Shown: piece after piece, positions 1 to 10,041 of the stretch
Position numbering within the stretch: position 1 is the stretch's first letter
Layout of the letters: each line of letters opens with the position of its first letter
Assembly: GCA_002762795.1 (NCBI GenBank)
Contig: PCYA01000014.1
Span: 73,205 to 137,204, forward strand
DNA: 64,000 nt
DNA from: Candidatus Woesearchaeota archaeon CG10_big_fil_rev_8_21_14_0_10_37_12
GTDB taxonomy: Archaea > Nanobdellota > Nanobdellia > Woesearchaeales > ARS49
Direction of reading: 5' to 3'
Notes under the pieces: generated by a model
Database searches by the model: none
The model's input: the letters and a program-made list of their open reading frames with translations, nothing else
Told to the model about the DNA's origin: nothing
Made by a program: the position numbers and the translations under genes

Positions 1-2
1 GC

Positions 3-2906
3 AGGATTAATGATTATTCTTCGCATGATGAATGGTTTTTAGAGTCTGTTGAGAAAAAAGTTTGTGGTGATGGTTTAATAGAGCTTACATCTGTAGCTCA
101 GAATGGAAAAGAGAAAGATAGCGAGACTGCTGTTGTTGATTTGTCTGCTTGTGAAAAATCTTGTTCGCCAACAATCGAGTTATTTGATCTTGATGGATCC
201 TTGCAATCATATCCTAATCCTTGTTGTTCAGTTGATAAAAACATTCCTTCTGCGTGTTGCACTGCGTCTGGTAATTTTCAGACAGGAAAGTTGTTGACTC
301 TTGAGACAAGTCAGTGTGTAAAATCAGAAGTAAGTTTGTTTGGTGCGAAACAGGTTGCCTGTATGCCTAATGTTGTGCGTTGTGATGCTCGTTTTGCGTC
401 AGGAATTCATGGAGAATCAGAATCTATTTACAAAAGCTTAAATTGGGTTGCTCTTGGCCAGAAATGCGACATGCCTTTCAATCCATTTATGGATTCTTTT
501 ACAAGTAATCGTTTTGGTACTGCAGTCGATTCTTGTTCAGCTGTAGAATTAGCTCCTTACTGTGTTCCAGGAACAAAGAAAATTATTCCAAACGGTGTTG
601 CTTGTTCTCCTACTGTTTGGGAGTGTATTGACGGCTATTTGAGATTAGTTGATTCTGGACAGCAGCCAAGTGTTGAAGTTTGTGATAATGCTGACAATGA
701 TTGTGACGGCAAGATTGATGAGGATATTATTTGTTCTTGTTCAAGAAGTTATGAAACAAAAGCTTGTTTTTCCGATAAAGATAATCCTGTTTCAATTTGT
801 GTTAAGAAAAAAGGTATTGGTTTTGAGTGGGACACTAGCATGTGTGCTTTTGAAAGTAAAAAAATAGTGAAAATAAAAGAAGAGTATGCTGTTACAGCAG
901 GTCTTGTTAGTCCTGTTATTCCTGGAGTTCGTCCGTATCGTGTAGCAGAATTGGAAAATGGAAAGTTTGCGTTAAGCACTCCTACTGGTTTTGTTACTGA
1001 TTGCGGAAGTGACTTGGTTTCTGGTTGTTTTGTTTCGGGAAAAACAGTTGATGGCCCTGTTGTGTTTTCAAAAGTTGATAAATTTGATGTTGAAAAGCCT
1101 GTTTTATTTGCGTACAATATTAATAATTGTGATAATGGTTTGGTTGAGTTTTCAGAAGCAGTTCCTCCTGTGCAGAATGTTGAAGCGTATTTTACAACTG
1201 CTGATGCACGTGTGCGTATCCCTGCAACATTAAGTTCTGTTGCTAAAGGAACAGGCAGTTTAGATATGAATGATTTGTTTGAAAATTCTGTGCTGCCTGA
1301 AATTATTTTCAAAGAGCTTGATGAACTTGTGATTTTTTCTGATAAGGAAGAAGTTCAAATTGATGGTTTACGATTTTTATTAGATAAAGGAAAATTAAGC
1401 GCGATAGTTAAGAACAGTAATAGCCCTGTTAAAAATAAAGGGTTGGTGACTCTTGGTCAACCGCTTGAAATCATATTTAGTACCTTGCCTAATAATGTGT
1501 TAAAGGTTTCAGCTCCTCTCGTTTTAAAAAGAGGTATGGACCCTGGTTCTTTAGGAGCGTATGTTTGGCTTGATGGTACTTGGGAGTATATTGGTGGAGA
1601 GCTTATTGATGGTATTTTTTTTGTTGATATTCAACTGCAACAATTTGCTGTTGACAATAAGTTAAATCTGCTGATTGCAGGGAGTGCTTGTGTAGGCTGC
1701 AAGCAAGCGTACTTATATTCTGTACGTGAAGTAAATTCTGATGTTCTATTAGTGTTAGCGCATGGTTTCTTAAGTTCTCCGAGAAGGAGTATGAGTGCAT
1801 TGTTGTATGATATTGAAAAAAGCAAGATACAAGTTGATGTTGCTTTGTTTGGTTACGGAAGCATTGCGCCTGAAGAAGCTTCAGATGTTCTTGGTGCAAG
1901 GTTGCGAGATGAGATTAAAAAGAATGGTTACAAAAAAGTTGTTTTTGTAGCCCACAGCCTTGGCGGACTTATCATTAGAGATATGCTGCAAAAAGAATCT
2001 TGGCAATCTGATTCTCTTTTGCCATTTATTGATGCTGTTATTCTTTCTGGTACTCCTAACAGAGGAACTCCTATTGGAAGTAGGGCAAATAATGTATTCG
2101 ATATATTTGCTAAGTTGATTGATTTTGGTGATGTGCTTCCTGTTGGAGGAGTTCACAAGGATACGCTGAACTTACTGAGCACAGGAGTGCAATATAACTG
2201 GCCTGAGTCTGTAAAATTGTTTGTTCATGCAGGCAATGAGGATTTGTTTGGTATTGGAAGTTTTTTCAGAGTAGGCTATCCTAATGATGCATTAGTTTCA
2301 AGAGACAGTGCGCAGGTCGTAGGCGATAAAATTCAAAATGATGTTTGTGTAAACTGGGTAGAACAAGAAAGTAACCATTTTGGATTGAATAAAAATAGCG
2401 AGCAAAGGTATTCTTTGCTTTATTTTTTGAGAGAATTAAGTGATTCATTCAGGAAGAAAGACGATGCAAAAATGTATGTTTTGATGCAGGTTGATAATTG
2501 CCAGTCTGGTTTGCTGGAAGTTTACGGCACTCTTGTTGAAAAAGAAAAGCTTGCTTTGCCAGAAGGTTGTGAGGTCTTTGGTTGTGGAGATTCCGTTTGC
2601 CAGCTTGGCGAATCTTGTGCAGTAGATTGTGCTGCAGGTGATCTTTGTGATGATGTTTCGCATTTCACATATTTGTTTGCTGTATTAGCCGTACTCATAA
2701 TAATTTTACACGGAGTTATATTAAGTGCGGGAGAGCGAAACAAATACATTCTCTATTCAGCATATGTGCTGACTGGCTTTGCAGTTGTTGCTGTTGTTGT
2801 ATCTGTTATTTGGTGTGAGTTATCAGTTATTCCTGCAATTGCAACAGCATTAGCCGTGCTTGCGTTGATTGTTGAGTGGGCAACAAGTATTGATAGACGA
2901 TGGTAA
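3..2906 (+). CDS. Large Cys-rich surface protein with alpha/beta-hydrolase (lipase/PGAP1-like) domain and C-terminal TM helices; 5'-truncated by the window
   Basis: Frame is open from position 3. It has an EVCDNADNDCDGKIDED (MopE-like putative metal-binding) motif, AHG...AHSLGG nucleophile elbow, GTPNRG, NDALV and NH, a CGDSVCQLGESC motif and ~3 terminal hydrophobic helices. Confidence 0.8.
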   Translation, partial: RINDYSSHDEWFLESVEKKVCGDGLIELTSVAQNGKEKDSETAVVDLSACEKSCSPTIELFDLDGSLQSYPNPCCSVDKNIPSACCTASGNFQTGKLLTLETSQCVKSEVSLFGAKQVACMPNVVRCDARFASGIHGESESIYKSLNWVALGQKCDMPFNPFMDSFTSNRFGTAVDSCSAVELAPYCVPGTKKIIPNGVACSPTVWECIDGYLRLVDSGQQPSVEVCDNADNDCDGKIDEDIICSCSRSYETKACFSDKDNPVSICVKKKGIGFEWDTSMCAFESKKIVKIKEEYAVTAGLVSPVIPGVRPYRVAELENGKFALSTPTGFVTDCGSDLVSGCFVSGKTVDGPVVFSKVDKFDVEKPVLFAYNINNCDNGLVEFSEAVPPVQNVEAYFTTADARVRIPATLSSVAKGTGSLDMNDLFENSVLPEIIFKELDELVIFSDKEEVQIDGLRFLLDKGKLSAIVKNSNSPVKNKGLVTLGQPLEIIFSTLPNNVLKVSAPLVLKRGMDPGSLGAYVWLDGTWEYIGGELIDGIFFVDIQLQQFAVDNKLNLLIAGSACVGCKQAYLYSVREVNSDVLLVLAHGFLSSPRRSMSALLYDIEKSKIQVDVALFGYGSIAPEEASDVLGARLRDEIKKNGYKKVVFVAHSLGGLIIRDMLQKESWQSDSLLPFIDAVILSGTPNRGTPIGSRANNVFDIFAKLIDFGDVLPVGGVHKDTLNLLSTGVQYNWPESVKLFVHAGNEDLFGIGSFFRVGYPNDALVSRDSAQVVGDKIQNDVCVNWVEQESNHFGLNKNSEQRYSLLYFLRELSDSFRKKDDAKMYVLMQVDNCQSGLLEVYGTLVEKEKLALPEGCEVFGCGDSVCQLGESCAVDCAAGDLCDDVSHFTYLFAVLAVLIIILHGVILSAGERNKYILYSAYVLTGFAVVAVVVSVIWCELSVIPAIATALAVLALIVEWATSIDRRW

Positions 2907-3457
2907 AAAATGGAAAAGAATCTGAACAGTTTCTAGAATTAAAGACATTCCATGCCAAGCAAATAAGAGAAAACATATTAAACAAACTAATCCATAATAA
3001 AGAAACCGGTTGTTTTTATTCCCCATTCGATTCCAGTAAAAGAAATTTCTGTATTTTATTTTACAAAGATAATATTGTTAAATCAATGATACAATATTCT
3101 GATTTAGAAAATACCAAAGATGATTCGAGACAAATTTTTGTTTACTTAAGACAACTGAATCCCGAAGCTGAAACAAAAATAGTTTTAGATTTTGATAAAA
3201 ATCACGATAAACATAAAAAAATACATTTAAACACAAAAATTCCCGATAATTTTTTGAATAAAAAGGCTATTGATAAAATCAATCATTTGGCAGTAGTTTA
3301 TTCTAATAATAGGATTGATTATTTTAAAACTTTTTTCAGTATGTTAGTGAAGCTAAAGGAGACTGGTTTCTTCAATGAATTTAACGAATATAGCATCTAT
3401 CAATTAGATATTGACTCTGAAGAGTACAAGAAAATTGATAAGTTTTTGAAAATGTAA
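2900..3457 (+). CDS. Hypothetical protein, very AT-rich
   Basis: 185-aa ORF overlapping the upstream stop and ending next to the tRNA-Arg 3' end; no recognised motif. Confidence 0.6.
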   Translation: MVKNGKESEQFLELKTFHAKQIRENILNKLIHNKETGCFYSPFDSSKRNFCILFYKDNIVKSMIQYSDLENTKDDSRQIFVYLRQLNPEAETKIVLDFDKNHDKHKKIHLNTKIPDNFLNKKAIDKINHLAVVYSNNRIDYFKTFFSMLVKLKETGFFNEFNEYSIYQLDIDSEEYKKIDKFLKM

Positions 3458-3479
3458 ATAGTTTAATCTATAAAAATAA

Positions 3480-3588
3480 CGGACCTGCAGGGATTCGAAC
3501 CCTGATCACTGGGTGTCTTGCAATGGTTAGCTCGTATCATTGCGGCCACTACCGAAGCCCAGCATTCTATCCATTAAACTACAGGCCC
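3480..3588 (-). tRNA. tRNA-Arg(TCG) with 37-nt intron at position 37/38 (3515-3551)
   Basis: Acceptor GGGCCTG/CAGGTCC, anticodon arm CTGGG-CT TCG G[intron]A-CCCAG, T-arm CAGGG TTCGAAT CCCTG; no encoded CCA. Confidence 0.9.
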
Positions 3589-3733
3589 AAAGTAAATCAA
3601 TACTATGGTTTCATTGGGGATTTAGTTTCTTGGAAATTTATTTCCAATAAACTACAGGCCCGACTCTATGTAGAGTCTATGGTTTCTCAGGACTTAGTTT
3701 TTTGGTATGTGAATACCAATAAACTACAGGCCC
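3589..3733 (-). repeat. Two tandem ~72-nt hairpin units each beginning with the tRNA-Arg 5' end
   Basis: GGGCCTGTAGTTTAwTGG occurs at 3733, 3661 and 3588 on the minus strand; both units also share GAAACCATAG. Confidence 0.85.
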
Positions 3734-3895
3734 TGTTAAGAATAAAAAAAATCATTATTTAAAAAACTAAGCTTTCTAAAAATAAAAAAGAACCTCTTAC
3801 ATCACACGTCTAACCACAAAAAAGCCACCAGTCACCTCTTTTTCCCAGGCTTTGTGGATTAAGGGTCTCTTTTCCCTCGCTAAAACAATGGATTA

Positions 3896-4648
3896 TTATG
3901 GACAATTCTTTCTGAGAGTAGGGTCAATAATTCTTGCGCATGCTTTTGCATCATTTGTTGCATGGTAATAATCAAGATAACATTGGTCTCCTAGTTCTTG
4001 GCATTTTGACAGTTCCTTGTATTCAACTATTAAGTTAAACAGGCAAGTTTTTACTTTGGCCGTGTCTCTGTCTCGCCTACATTCTTCGTATTTTTTTGAT
4101 TTTTCTGCATCTGAATCATAATAGCATGTGTTTCCTGCACAATTAATTGATTTTTGTTGTAGTTGATTGTTTTGATTAATCTTTTGTGTGTTCTGTTGTG
4201 GTGCTTGTTCAACAAATAATTGTGGTACTTGAGCTTGTTCTTGTTTTGGTCTTGTTTCAAGCATTTGTGCTTGTGCTTGTACTGGTTGAACTTGAACTTG
4301 TTGTACTGGTACAACTGATGGTGTATCTATTTGTTCTGTGACTTGTATTTCTTTTGCTTGTATTTGTTCTGGTGTGATTGGATGAGGTACAAATCCTGTT
4401 GGTTCTTGTTGTGAAGGCATGAATACAGCTGCTGCTGCGAAAATAACGATGATTAGACCTAGCCATGTTGCTCTGAATGGTGTGAGTAATTTTTCTGGTT
4501 TTAAGTGATGTTCTTGTTCAACATGATGTATTGCTTGGAGAATATGGTCTTCTTGCCATCCTGCTGCAAGTAGATTTTGTGCGATGTGTTCTTGGGTGTG
4601 TTTTTGTTGTTTTGCTTTGCGCACGTAGTCTGTGAGTCTTTCGTTCAT
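3896..4648 (-). CDS. Single-pass membrane protein with Gln-rich linker and Cys-rich C-terminus
   Basis: N-terminal 'DYV...I..NLL.AGW...I' domain typical of DPANN/CPR membrane proteins, one TM, and repeated Cys-spaced helices. Confidence 0.75.
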   Translation of the reverse strand: MNERLTDYVRKAKQQKHTQEHIAQNLLAAGWQEDHILQAIHHVEQEHHLKPEKLLTPFRATWLGLIIVIFAAAAVFMPSQQEPTGFVPHPITPEQIQAKEIQVTEQIDTPSVVPVQQVQVQPVQAQAQMLETRPKQEQAQVPQLFVEQAPQQNTQKINQNNQLQQKSINCAGNTCYYDSDAEKSKKYEECRRDRDTAKVKTCLFNLIVEYKELSKCQELGDQCYLDYYHATNDAKACARIIDPTLRKNCP

Positions 4649-4721
4649 GAGCGTAAAAAAGCATGAAGTATTTATAAGGATTTAGTATGTACAATACTAT
4701 AATTATGCTCTATTTCTCAGC

Positions 4722-5936
4722 TTATTCATATCGTAATGCTTCTACAGGTTTTAATGACGCTGCTCTTTTTGCAGGCAATATGCCGCTTATTGCACCGATT
4801 AATATTGCAAATATTAGCACTCCAAAAATAAGTTGTACTGGATAAATTGCTAGCAATGTTCCTGGACCGAATGAATTGTTAACAATAAGCTCTACGCTTT
4901 TGCTTATTCCTGCGCCAATAAGTATTCCTATACTTCCTCCAGTCAGTCCAAGTAATGCGCTTTCTACAAGGAATGTAATAAGTATGTCTTTGTTTTGTGC
5001 TCCTATTGCTTTCATCACTCCTATTTCTCTTGTTCGTTCAAGAACAGAAGTGTACATGGTGTTCATAATTCCTATGCCACCAACTAATAAACTGATTGCA
5101 GCTATTCCTATAAAGACAATTTGAACAATATTGAATACTTTGTTGAATGATTCAATGAGTTCTGTACTTGTTTGTACCATAAAATCTTCTTTTCCTTCAT
5201 CCTGATGTCTGTCTCGTCTTATTAATCGCTCTATTCTTTCTGCTACTTCATCTGGATTAACTCCTTGTTCTGTTTGAGCAAAGATCATCGAGTACGCATC
5301 TGACTCGTTTAATATATCTCGCATGTTTTGTTCAGGCATTACTAGTCCATTATCTAATCCCGGATCTCCTGTTCGTTTTAGCGTACCTACAACTTTGAAC
5401 TTTTGATTACTTATTAAAAAAGTGTCTCCTACGCGTGCATTTTTTCCAAATGTTTTTTTGTTTGCAATGTTATAACCAATAACTATTTTGTCAGAGTCTT
5501 TGTGCGTGAGTAATCTTCCTTGGTCTGCTTCCCATAAGTTTACTGCTGTTGCAAGTGTTGCTTCTCGTTGTGTTTCCGGCACGCTTGCAATAAAAAGTGT
5601 TCGTTGTACTCTATTGAATTGTACTTGTATTGCTCTGTAAAGAACTCCTGCTGTTTGCTTTATTGCAGGTGCTCTTTCTGTAACAGTCAATTCTCGCTCA
5701 GTCATTTTCCCTGGTGCGCTTTGTCCAGTAAATCCTGCTGCTTCTTTTGCTTGAACAATTATTTTGTCTGCACCAACTTTCTCAAATTGTTGATTGATTG
5801 TGTACTGTAATCCTTGTCCAAGAGATATTAGTGCAACTACTGCTGCAATGCCGATAAATACTCCTAACATTGTGAGCGCTGCACGTTTTTTTCGTTTGCG
5901 AATGTTTCTTAATGCCATTTTGATTTGTTCAATCAT
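4722..5936 (-). CDS. ABC transporter permease, MacB/FtsX (SalY) family
   Basis: R..LT.LGV.IGIAAVVAL and GGIGIMNTMYTSVLERTREIGVMKAIGA motifs; ends PVEALRYE. Confidence 0.93.
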   Translation of the reverse strand: MIEQIKMALRNIRKRKKRAALTMLGVFIGIAAVVALISLGQGLQYTINQQFEKVGADKIIVQAKEAAGFTGQSAPGKMTERELTVTERAPAIKQTAGVLYRAIQVQFNRVQRTLFIASVPETQREATLATAVNLWEADQGRLLTHKDSDKIVIGYNIANKKTFGKNARVGDTFLISNQKFKVVGTLKRTGDPGLDNGLVMPEQNMRDILNESDAYSMIFAQTEQGVNPDEVAERIERLIRRDRHQDEGKEDFMVQTSTELIESFNKVFNIVQIVFIGIAAISLLVGGIGIMNTMYTSVLERTREIGVMKAIGAQNKDILITFLVESALLGLTGGSIGILIGAGISKSVELIVNNSFGPGTLLAIYPVQLIFGVLIFAILIGAISGILPAKRAASLKPVEALRYE

Positions 5937-7140
5937 TGCGTAGTGCCTCTACTGGTTGTAGTTTGCTTGCTTGTCTTGCTGGAAATATGCCCGATATTGT
6001 TCCGATGATAAATGAAAAAAGTAATGCTCCTATGATGAGTTGCCAGGAAAATGATGCTTGTAGTATATCTCCTAACGCGTTTTGTGATGCTAATTCTACG
6101 AGTTTGCTCAATCCAAAACCAATCAGTATTCCTATTGCTCCTCCCACCATGCCCAGAATTCCACTTTCAACAACAAACAAAATAAGTATGTCTTTGTTTT
6201 GTGCTCCTATTGCTTTCATCACTCCTATTTCTCTTGTTCGTTCAAGAACAGAAGTGTACATGGTGTTCATAATTCCTATACCACCAACAAGAATGCTTAT
6301 TAATGCAATACCAATAAATACTCCTTGTACTACACCAAGAATAACATTTACGCTTGAAATCAGTTCTTCACTTGTTGTGACTGTGAAATCTTCAAATCCT
6401 TCTTTTTGGTGTCTATCTTTTCGTATTGCGCGCTGTATTTTGTCAGCAATTTGTGATGGTTTTTCTCCTGTTACAATTTGTGCAAAAAGAGCACTGTATT
6501 CTTTCTTGTTTTTTGTAAGCTCTCTGAGATCTTTTTCGTTCATCATTATGGATTCGTCTCTTCCTGCACCTATTTTTTTTAAAAATCCTACAATTTCGAA
6601 GTTTTCTCCATTGATAAGAACGGATTTTCCTAGTTGTAAATCTCTTGGAAAATGTTCTTCTGTCCAATAGTGATATCCTACGAGAATTTTTTTATTGTCT
6701 GTAGGTTTGAGTAGTCTTCCGTCTGCAACAGCTATGTTGTTTGCTCCTATAACTAAATCTCTGTCTTCATGTTTTTCTGGAAGACTTGCTGCAAAAATTG
6801 TTTGTGTAGTATCTGCGTATTCTACTGTTACTGATTGTAAAATTCTTCCTGCTGCTCGGCTTACTCCTGGTGTTCTTTTTACAATCTCAAGATCATCCTC
6901 ATCTACTTTTCCTGGAGTGTCTTGTCCTGGTGGTCCAAATCCGGCAGTTGCTCCTTGGATGATTATTTTATCTGCTCCTACTCCTGAAAATTGTGCATTG
7001 ATTGCGTCTGCCATTCCTTGCCCAAGGGATATTAACGCTACAACAGCTGCTATGCCAATAATTATGCCAAGTGCTGTTAGCATTGTTCTGAGAATTCTTT
7101 TTTTCAGGCTTCCAAGCACTAGTGCAAGATAGTCTTTCAT
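5929..7140 (-). CDS. ABC transporter permease, MacB/FtsX (SalY) family
   Basis: Same family motifs; tandem paralog of the 4722 gene. Confidence 0.93.
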   Translation of the reverse strand: MKDYLALVLGSLKKRILRTMLTALGIIIGIAAVVALISLGQGMADAINAQFSGVGADKIIIQGATAGFGPPGQDTPGKVDEDDLEIVKRTPGVSRAAGRILQSVTVEYADTTQTIFAASLPEKHEDRDLVIGANNIAVADGRLLKPTDNKKILVGYHYWTEEHFPRDLQLGKSVLINGENFEIVGFLKKIGAGRDESIMMNEKDLRELTKNKKEYSALFAQIVTGEKPSQIADKIQRAIRKDRHQKEGFEDFTVTTSEELISSVNVILGVVQGVFIGIALISILVGGIGIMNTMYTSVLERTREIGVMKAIGAQNKDILILFVVESGILGMVGGAIGILIGFGLSKLVELASQNALGDILQASFSWQLIIGALLFSFIIGTISGIFPARQASKLQPVEALRND

Positions 7141-8321
7141 CTGCGCTTATTGGTTTTTTTCTTTTTCCACCAGTAAATTCCACCCGCAATAATGATAAGC
7201 AGAACAATAATTACTGGAAGTAATGATCCTCTGCTTTCAAGATCATTATCTGTTATTATTCTTAGAGGCAAGTCATATTGTTGTGTAAAATCAACATTGT
7301 AAGGATCTTTGAATGTTATTTCCAATTTGAGCTTTGGTTCTTTTACCAGTGGTTTAAGAATAAAGTCTACTGTTTCAAAGTCATCGTTGTCAAGATTACC
7401 GACATATGCTTCGTTGCTCGGTGTTAGAATTTCGTAATCTTCTGTTTTGATAAGTCTAATGTCAACATATTTGAGATCAACTATTCCTTTGTTGATTACT
7501 TTTAATGATACTGTTCCTGGCTTTTGTTTGTTTTCAAAATCTGTTGAATCTACGATGAGTGATACTTCGGGCTCTGCATTGATAAGAGTGCTTATTTGTA
7601 CTGTTTCATTGTATTGCTTATTTTTTTCATCTTGGTATGATAATTTTAATGGCAGTTTGTAAAGTTTTACTTGTGTGCTCGTGTCAGATGCTATCTGAAA
7701 AATAATTGTTTCTGTTTCTCCTGCAGGGATATTGGGTAGCCTTCTTTTTGTTCCTGTGCCTATTGTGCTGAAAGAATCTCCCAAGTCAAGAGATACGTCA
7801 ACATTTTTTATGCCTATCACGCCTGCATTTTTTAATGTGAGTGTTACTTCTGCTGTTTGTCCTGGTTTTATTGGTGTTGGATCAATTTTGTAGTCATCAA
7901 TAATTAATACCGCATTTTGTGTTTGTACGGCGATCTTAGCTTCTAAATAAGTCCATTGTTCGCCTGCTGATGTTTTGTATAAGAATTTTATTGTGTGATC
8001 TCCATTTCTTGCTTCTGGATCAACAAGAACTGTGAATTTTTCTACTTTGTCTTCTGTTGACGCAACAAAACCTACATCAATTTCTTGTGGTTGTCCAGGT
8101 GGTAAACTAAATGGGTATTCTGGGTCAAATCGTAATGTTACTGTGTCTGCTACTCTTCCTGCATTTTGAAATTGTAGCCATATGTCTACTGTTCTTCCTT
8201 GTTCTGCAGGTGTTGGCTCGTATTTGAGAATGTTTGCTTTGACTTCTGTAAACACAACCAGTGAGTGAGTAGCAGATACAAGTAGCAAAGATAAGAGTAG
8301 TAGTAAGGCTAATTTTTTCAT
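7137..8321 (-). CDS. COG1361 S-layer-domain protein
   Basis: Signal peptide, repeated P.P..PG....L...N.G Ig-like modules and a C-terminal TM with Lys tail; typical operon position. Confidence 0.85.
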   Translation of the reverse strand: MKKLALLLLLSLLLVSATHSLVVFTEVKANILKYEPTPAEQGRTVDIWLQFQNAGRVADTVTLRFDPEYPFSLPPGQPQEIDVGFVASTEDKVEKFTVLVDPEARNGDHTIKFLYKTSAGEQWTYLEAKIAVQTQNAVLIIDDYKIDPTPIKPGQTAEVTLTLKNAGVIGIKNVDVSLDLGDSFSTIGTGTKRRLPNIPAGETETIIFQIASDTSTQVKLYKLPLKLSYQDEKNKQYNETVQISTLINAEPEVSLIVDSTDFENKQKPGTVSLKVINKGIVDLKYVDIRLIKTEDYEILTPSNEAYVGNLDNDDFETVDFILKPLVKEPKLKLEITFKDPYNVDFTQQYDLPLRIITDNDLESRGSLLPVIIVLLIIIAGGIYWWKKKKTNKRR

Positions 8322-9019
8322 AGTTTACCTCTTTTATTCTTTTTTGTAGATAGTATTTGCCCATCTTTTAAAAATTCTGCCCTTCCGGCAACTTTTGAAA
8401 GGTTTAAATCATGAGTAACCATGACTACTGTTTTTCCTGTTTTGCTTAGTTGTTTAAGAAAGTCCATGACTTCTTTTCCTGTTTTACTGTCAAGGTTTCC
8501 TGTTGGTTCATCTGCCAAGATTACTAATGGGTCTGTTGCGAGACTGCGTGCTATTGCTACTCTTTGTTGTTGTCCTCCTGAAAGTTCTGTTGGTCTGTGA
8601 TGTAATCTTTCCTGTAAACCAAATTGTGCAAGTAATTTCTCTGCTCTTTTTTTTCGTTCGTGTTCAGGAATGCTTTGAAACATCATTGGTAACATAACGT
8701 TTTCAAGCGCTGTTAGCGTGTCAATAAGATTAAAGCTTTGGAAGATAAATCCTATTTTTTGTCCGCGTATTTGTGCAAGTTCTGACTCACTAAGTTTGCT
8801 GATATCATGCCCATCTAAATATATTGTTCCTTTTGTTGGCACGTCTAAGCAGCCCACCATGTTCATTGCCGTGCTTTTTCCACTTCCTGATGGTCCTAAA
8901 ATTGCTAGAAATTCTCCTTTGTGCACTGATAGGTTTATTCCGCGCAGTGCGTGCACTTGTGTGTCTCCAATTTTGTATGTTTTCCAGACATCTTTAAGTT
9001 CGATAATTGGTTTTTTCAC
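8318..9019 (-). CDS. ABC transporter ATP-binding protein (LolD/MacB family)
   Basis: [22 protein letters not shown] and [11 protein letters not shown] motifs. Confidence 0.95.
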   Translation of the reverse strand: MKKPIIELKDVWKTYKIGDTQVHALRGINLSVHKGEFLAILGPSGSGKSTAMNMVGCLDVPTKGTIYLDGHDISKLSESELAQIRGQKIGFIFQSFNLIDTLTALENVMLPMMFQSIPEHERKKRAEKLLAQFGLQERLHHRPTELSGGQQQRVAIARSLATDPLVILADEPTGNLDSKTGKEVMDFLKQLSKTGKTVVMVTHDLNLSKVAGRAEFLKDGQILSTKKNKRGKL

Positions 9020-9179
9020 AATTGTTTAACCTGCAGATAACATTTAATATTGTGTATTCACTGAACAGAAAAAACAAACAGCTATTTTTGAAAAGAACAG
9101 CAAAACATTTATATAGATCACTTCTCTATTCTGGAGTAATAAACATAAAATAAAACGTAATGTTAGGAGGGCTGTAATT

Positions 9180-9563
9180 ATGGCTTTTTTTTCAAAGTTA
9201 AAAGAAAAATTTGGTGGATCAAAATATAATGAATTTGGCGAAGAAGAATACGTTGAATTAGAAAACGATACAGATGCAGCAAAATCAAAAGTGCTTGTCC
9301 GCCCATTTGTTTTGGATGATTTTGAAGATGTGAAACCAGTTCTTCAGTCATTGCGCGAAGGATACACTATTGCTCTTGTTAATATTCGTCCGTTAAAAGA
9401 AAAAGATATTGTTGAGTTAAAGCGTGCCATTAACAAGTTAAAGAAAACAACTGAAGCAATAGATGGTCAAATTGCAGGCTTTGGCGAAGATAGTTTGGTT
9501 ATTACTCCTTCATTTGCAAGCATTTACAGAAGTTCGCAGATGAAAAGAGTTGAAGAGGAATAG
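9180..9563 (+). CDS. sepF: Cell division protein SepF
   Basis: Archaeal SepF pattern (D...V...LREG.I.LVNI.PL...LKR.I.KLK......DG.IAG.G...LVITP); AGGAGG RBS. Confidence 0.88.
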   Translation: MAFFSKLKEKFGGSKYNEFGEEEYVELENDTDAAKSKVLVRPFVLDDFEDVKPVLQSLREGYTIALVNIRPLKEKDIVELKRAINKLKKTTEAIDGQIAGFGEDSLVITPSFASIYRSSQMKRVEEE

Positions 9564-9570
9564 TTTTTTA

Positions 9571-10041
9571 TTATTTAGTGGGATAATTTAGTCCAAATTT
9601 GGCAAAGAAGCTTTCTCCCTGTAGTGAATATCTGGAAAGAGATAATGGTAAAGTTGAACTCACTTGAGAAAAATAATCTATTGAAGACCAATCAATAACA
9701 GCCAGATCAAAAGAATCTATGAATTTAAGTGTTTGGGAAAGAACCGTGCGATACCAGGTTGACGTTACGGGATCTCCTGAAAAACTTCTTTGTTGTGCTA
9801 CCTGCCTTAAGTCTTCTTTTATCTGTTCATCAGGGCGTGTAAGCAACGAGTCTATTAAACGAACGACGTCATCTAAGCGAATATTTCTAAAAGCGCATGA
9901 TTCTATATCATATTGAGGAATTCCAAATGTTACAAGACCTCTCGAGTCCAACAAGTGGTAACGACAAATATGAGTTATTCGTTCTTGAGTATGTGCAGTA
10001 AATTCTGGCAATCTTGAATATCGCGACATAATACTTAACAA
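9571..10041 (-). CDS. Hypothetical protein
   Basis: ORF follows the EndoV gene on the same strand; start uncertain. Confidence 0.5.
   Translation of the reverse strand: MLSIMSRYSRLPEFTAHTQERITHICRYHLLDSRGLVTFGIPQYDIESCAFRNIRLDDVVRLIDSLLTRPDEQIKEDLRQVAQQRSFSGDPVTSTWYRTVLSQTLKFIDSFDLAVIDWSSIDYFSQVSSTLPLSLSRYSLQGESFFAKFGLNYPTK

Noticed and set aside
3523-3762. 79-aa ORF
   Set aside because: Antisense overlap with tRNA-Arg and its repeats.
5936-6670. 244-aa plus-strand ORF and similar antisense ORFs (749-1312, 17579-18082, 62578-63054)
   Set aside because: Shadow frames opposite well-supported genes.
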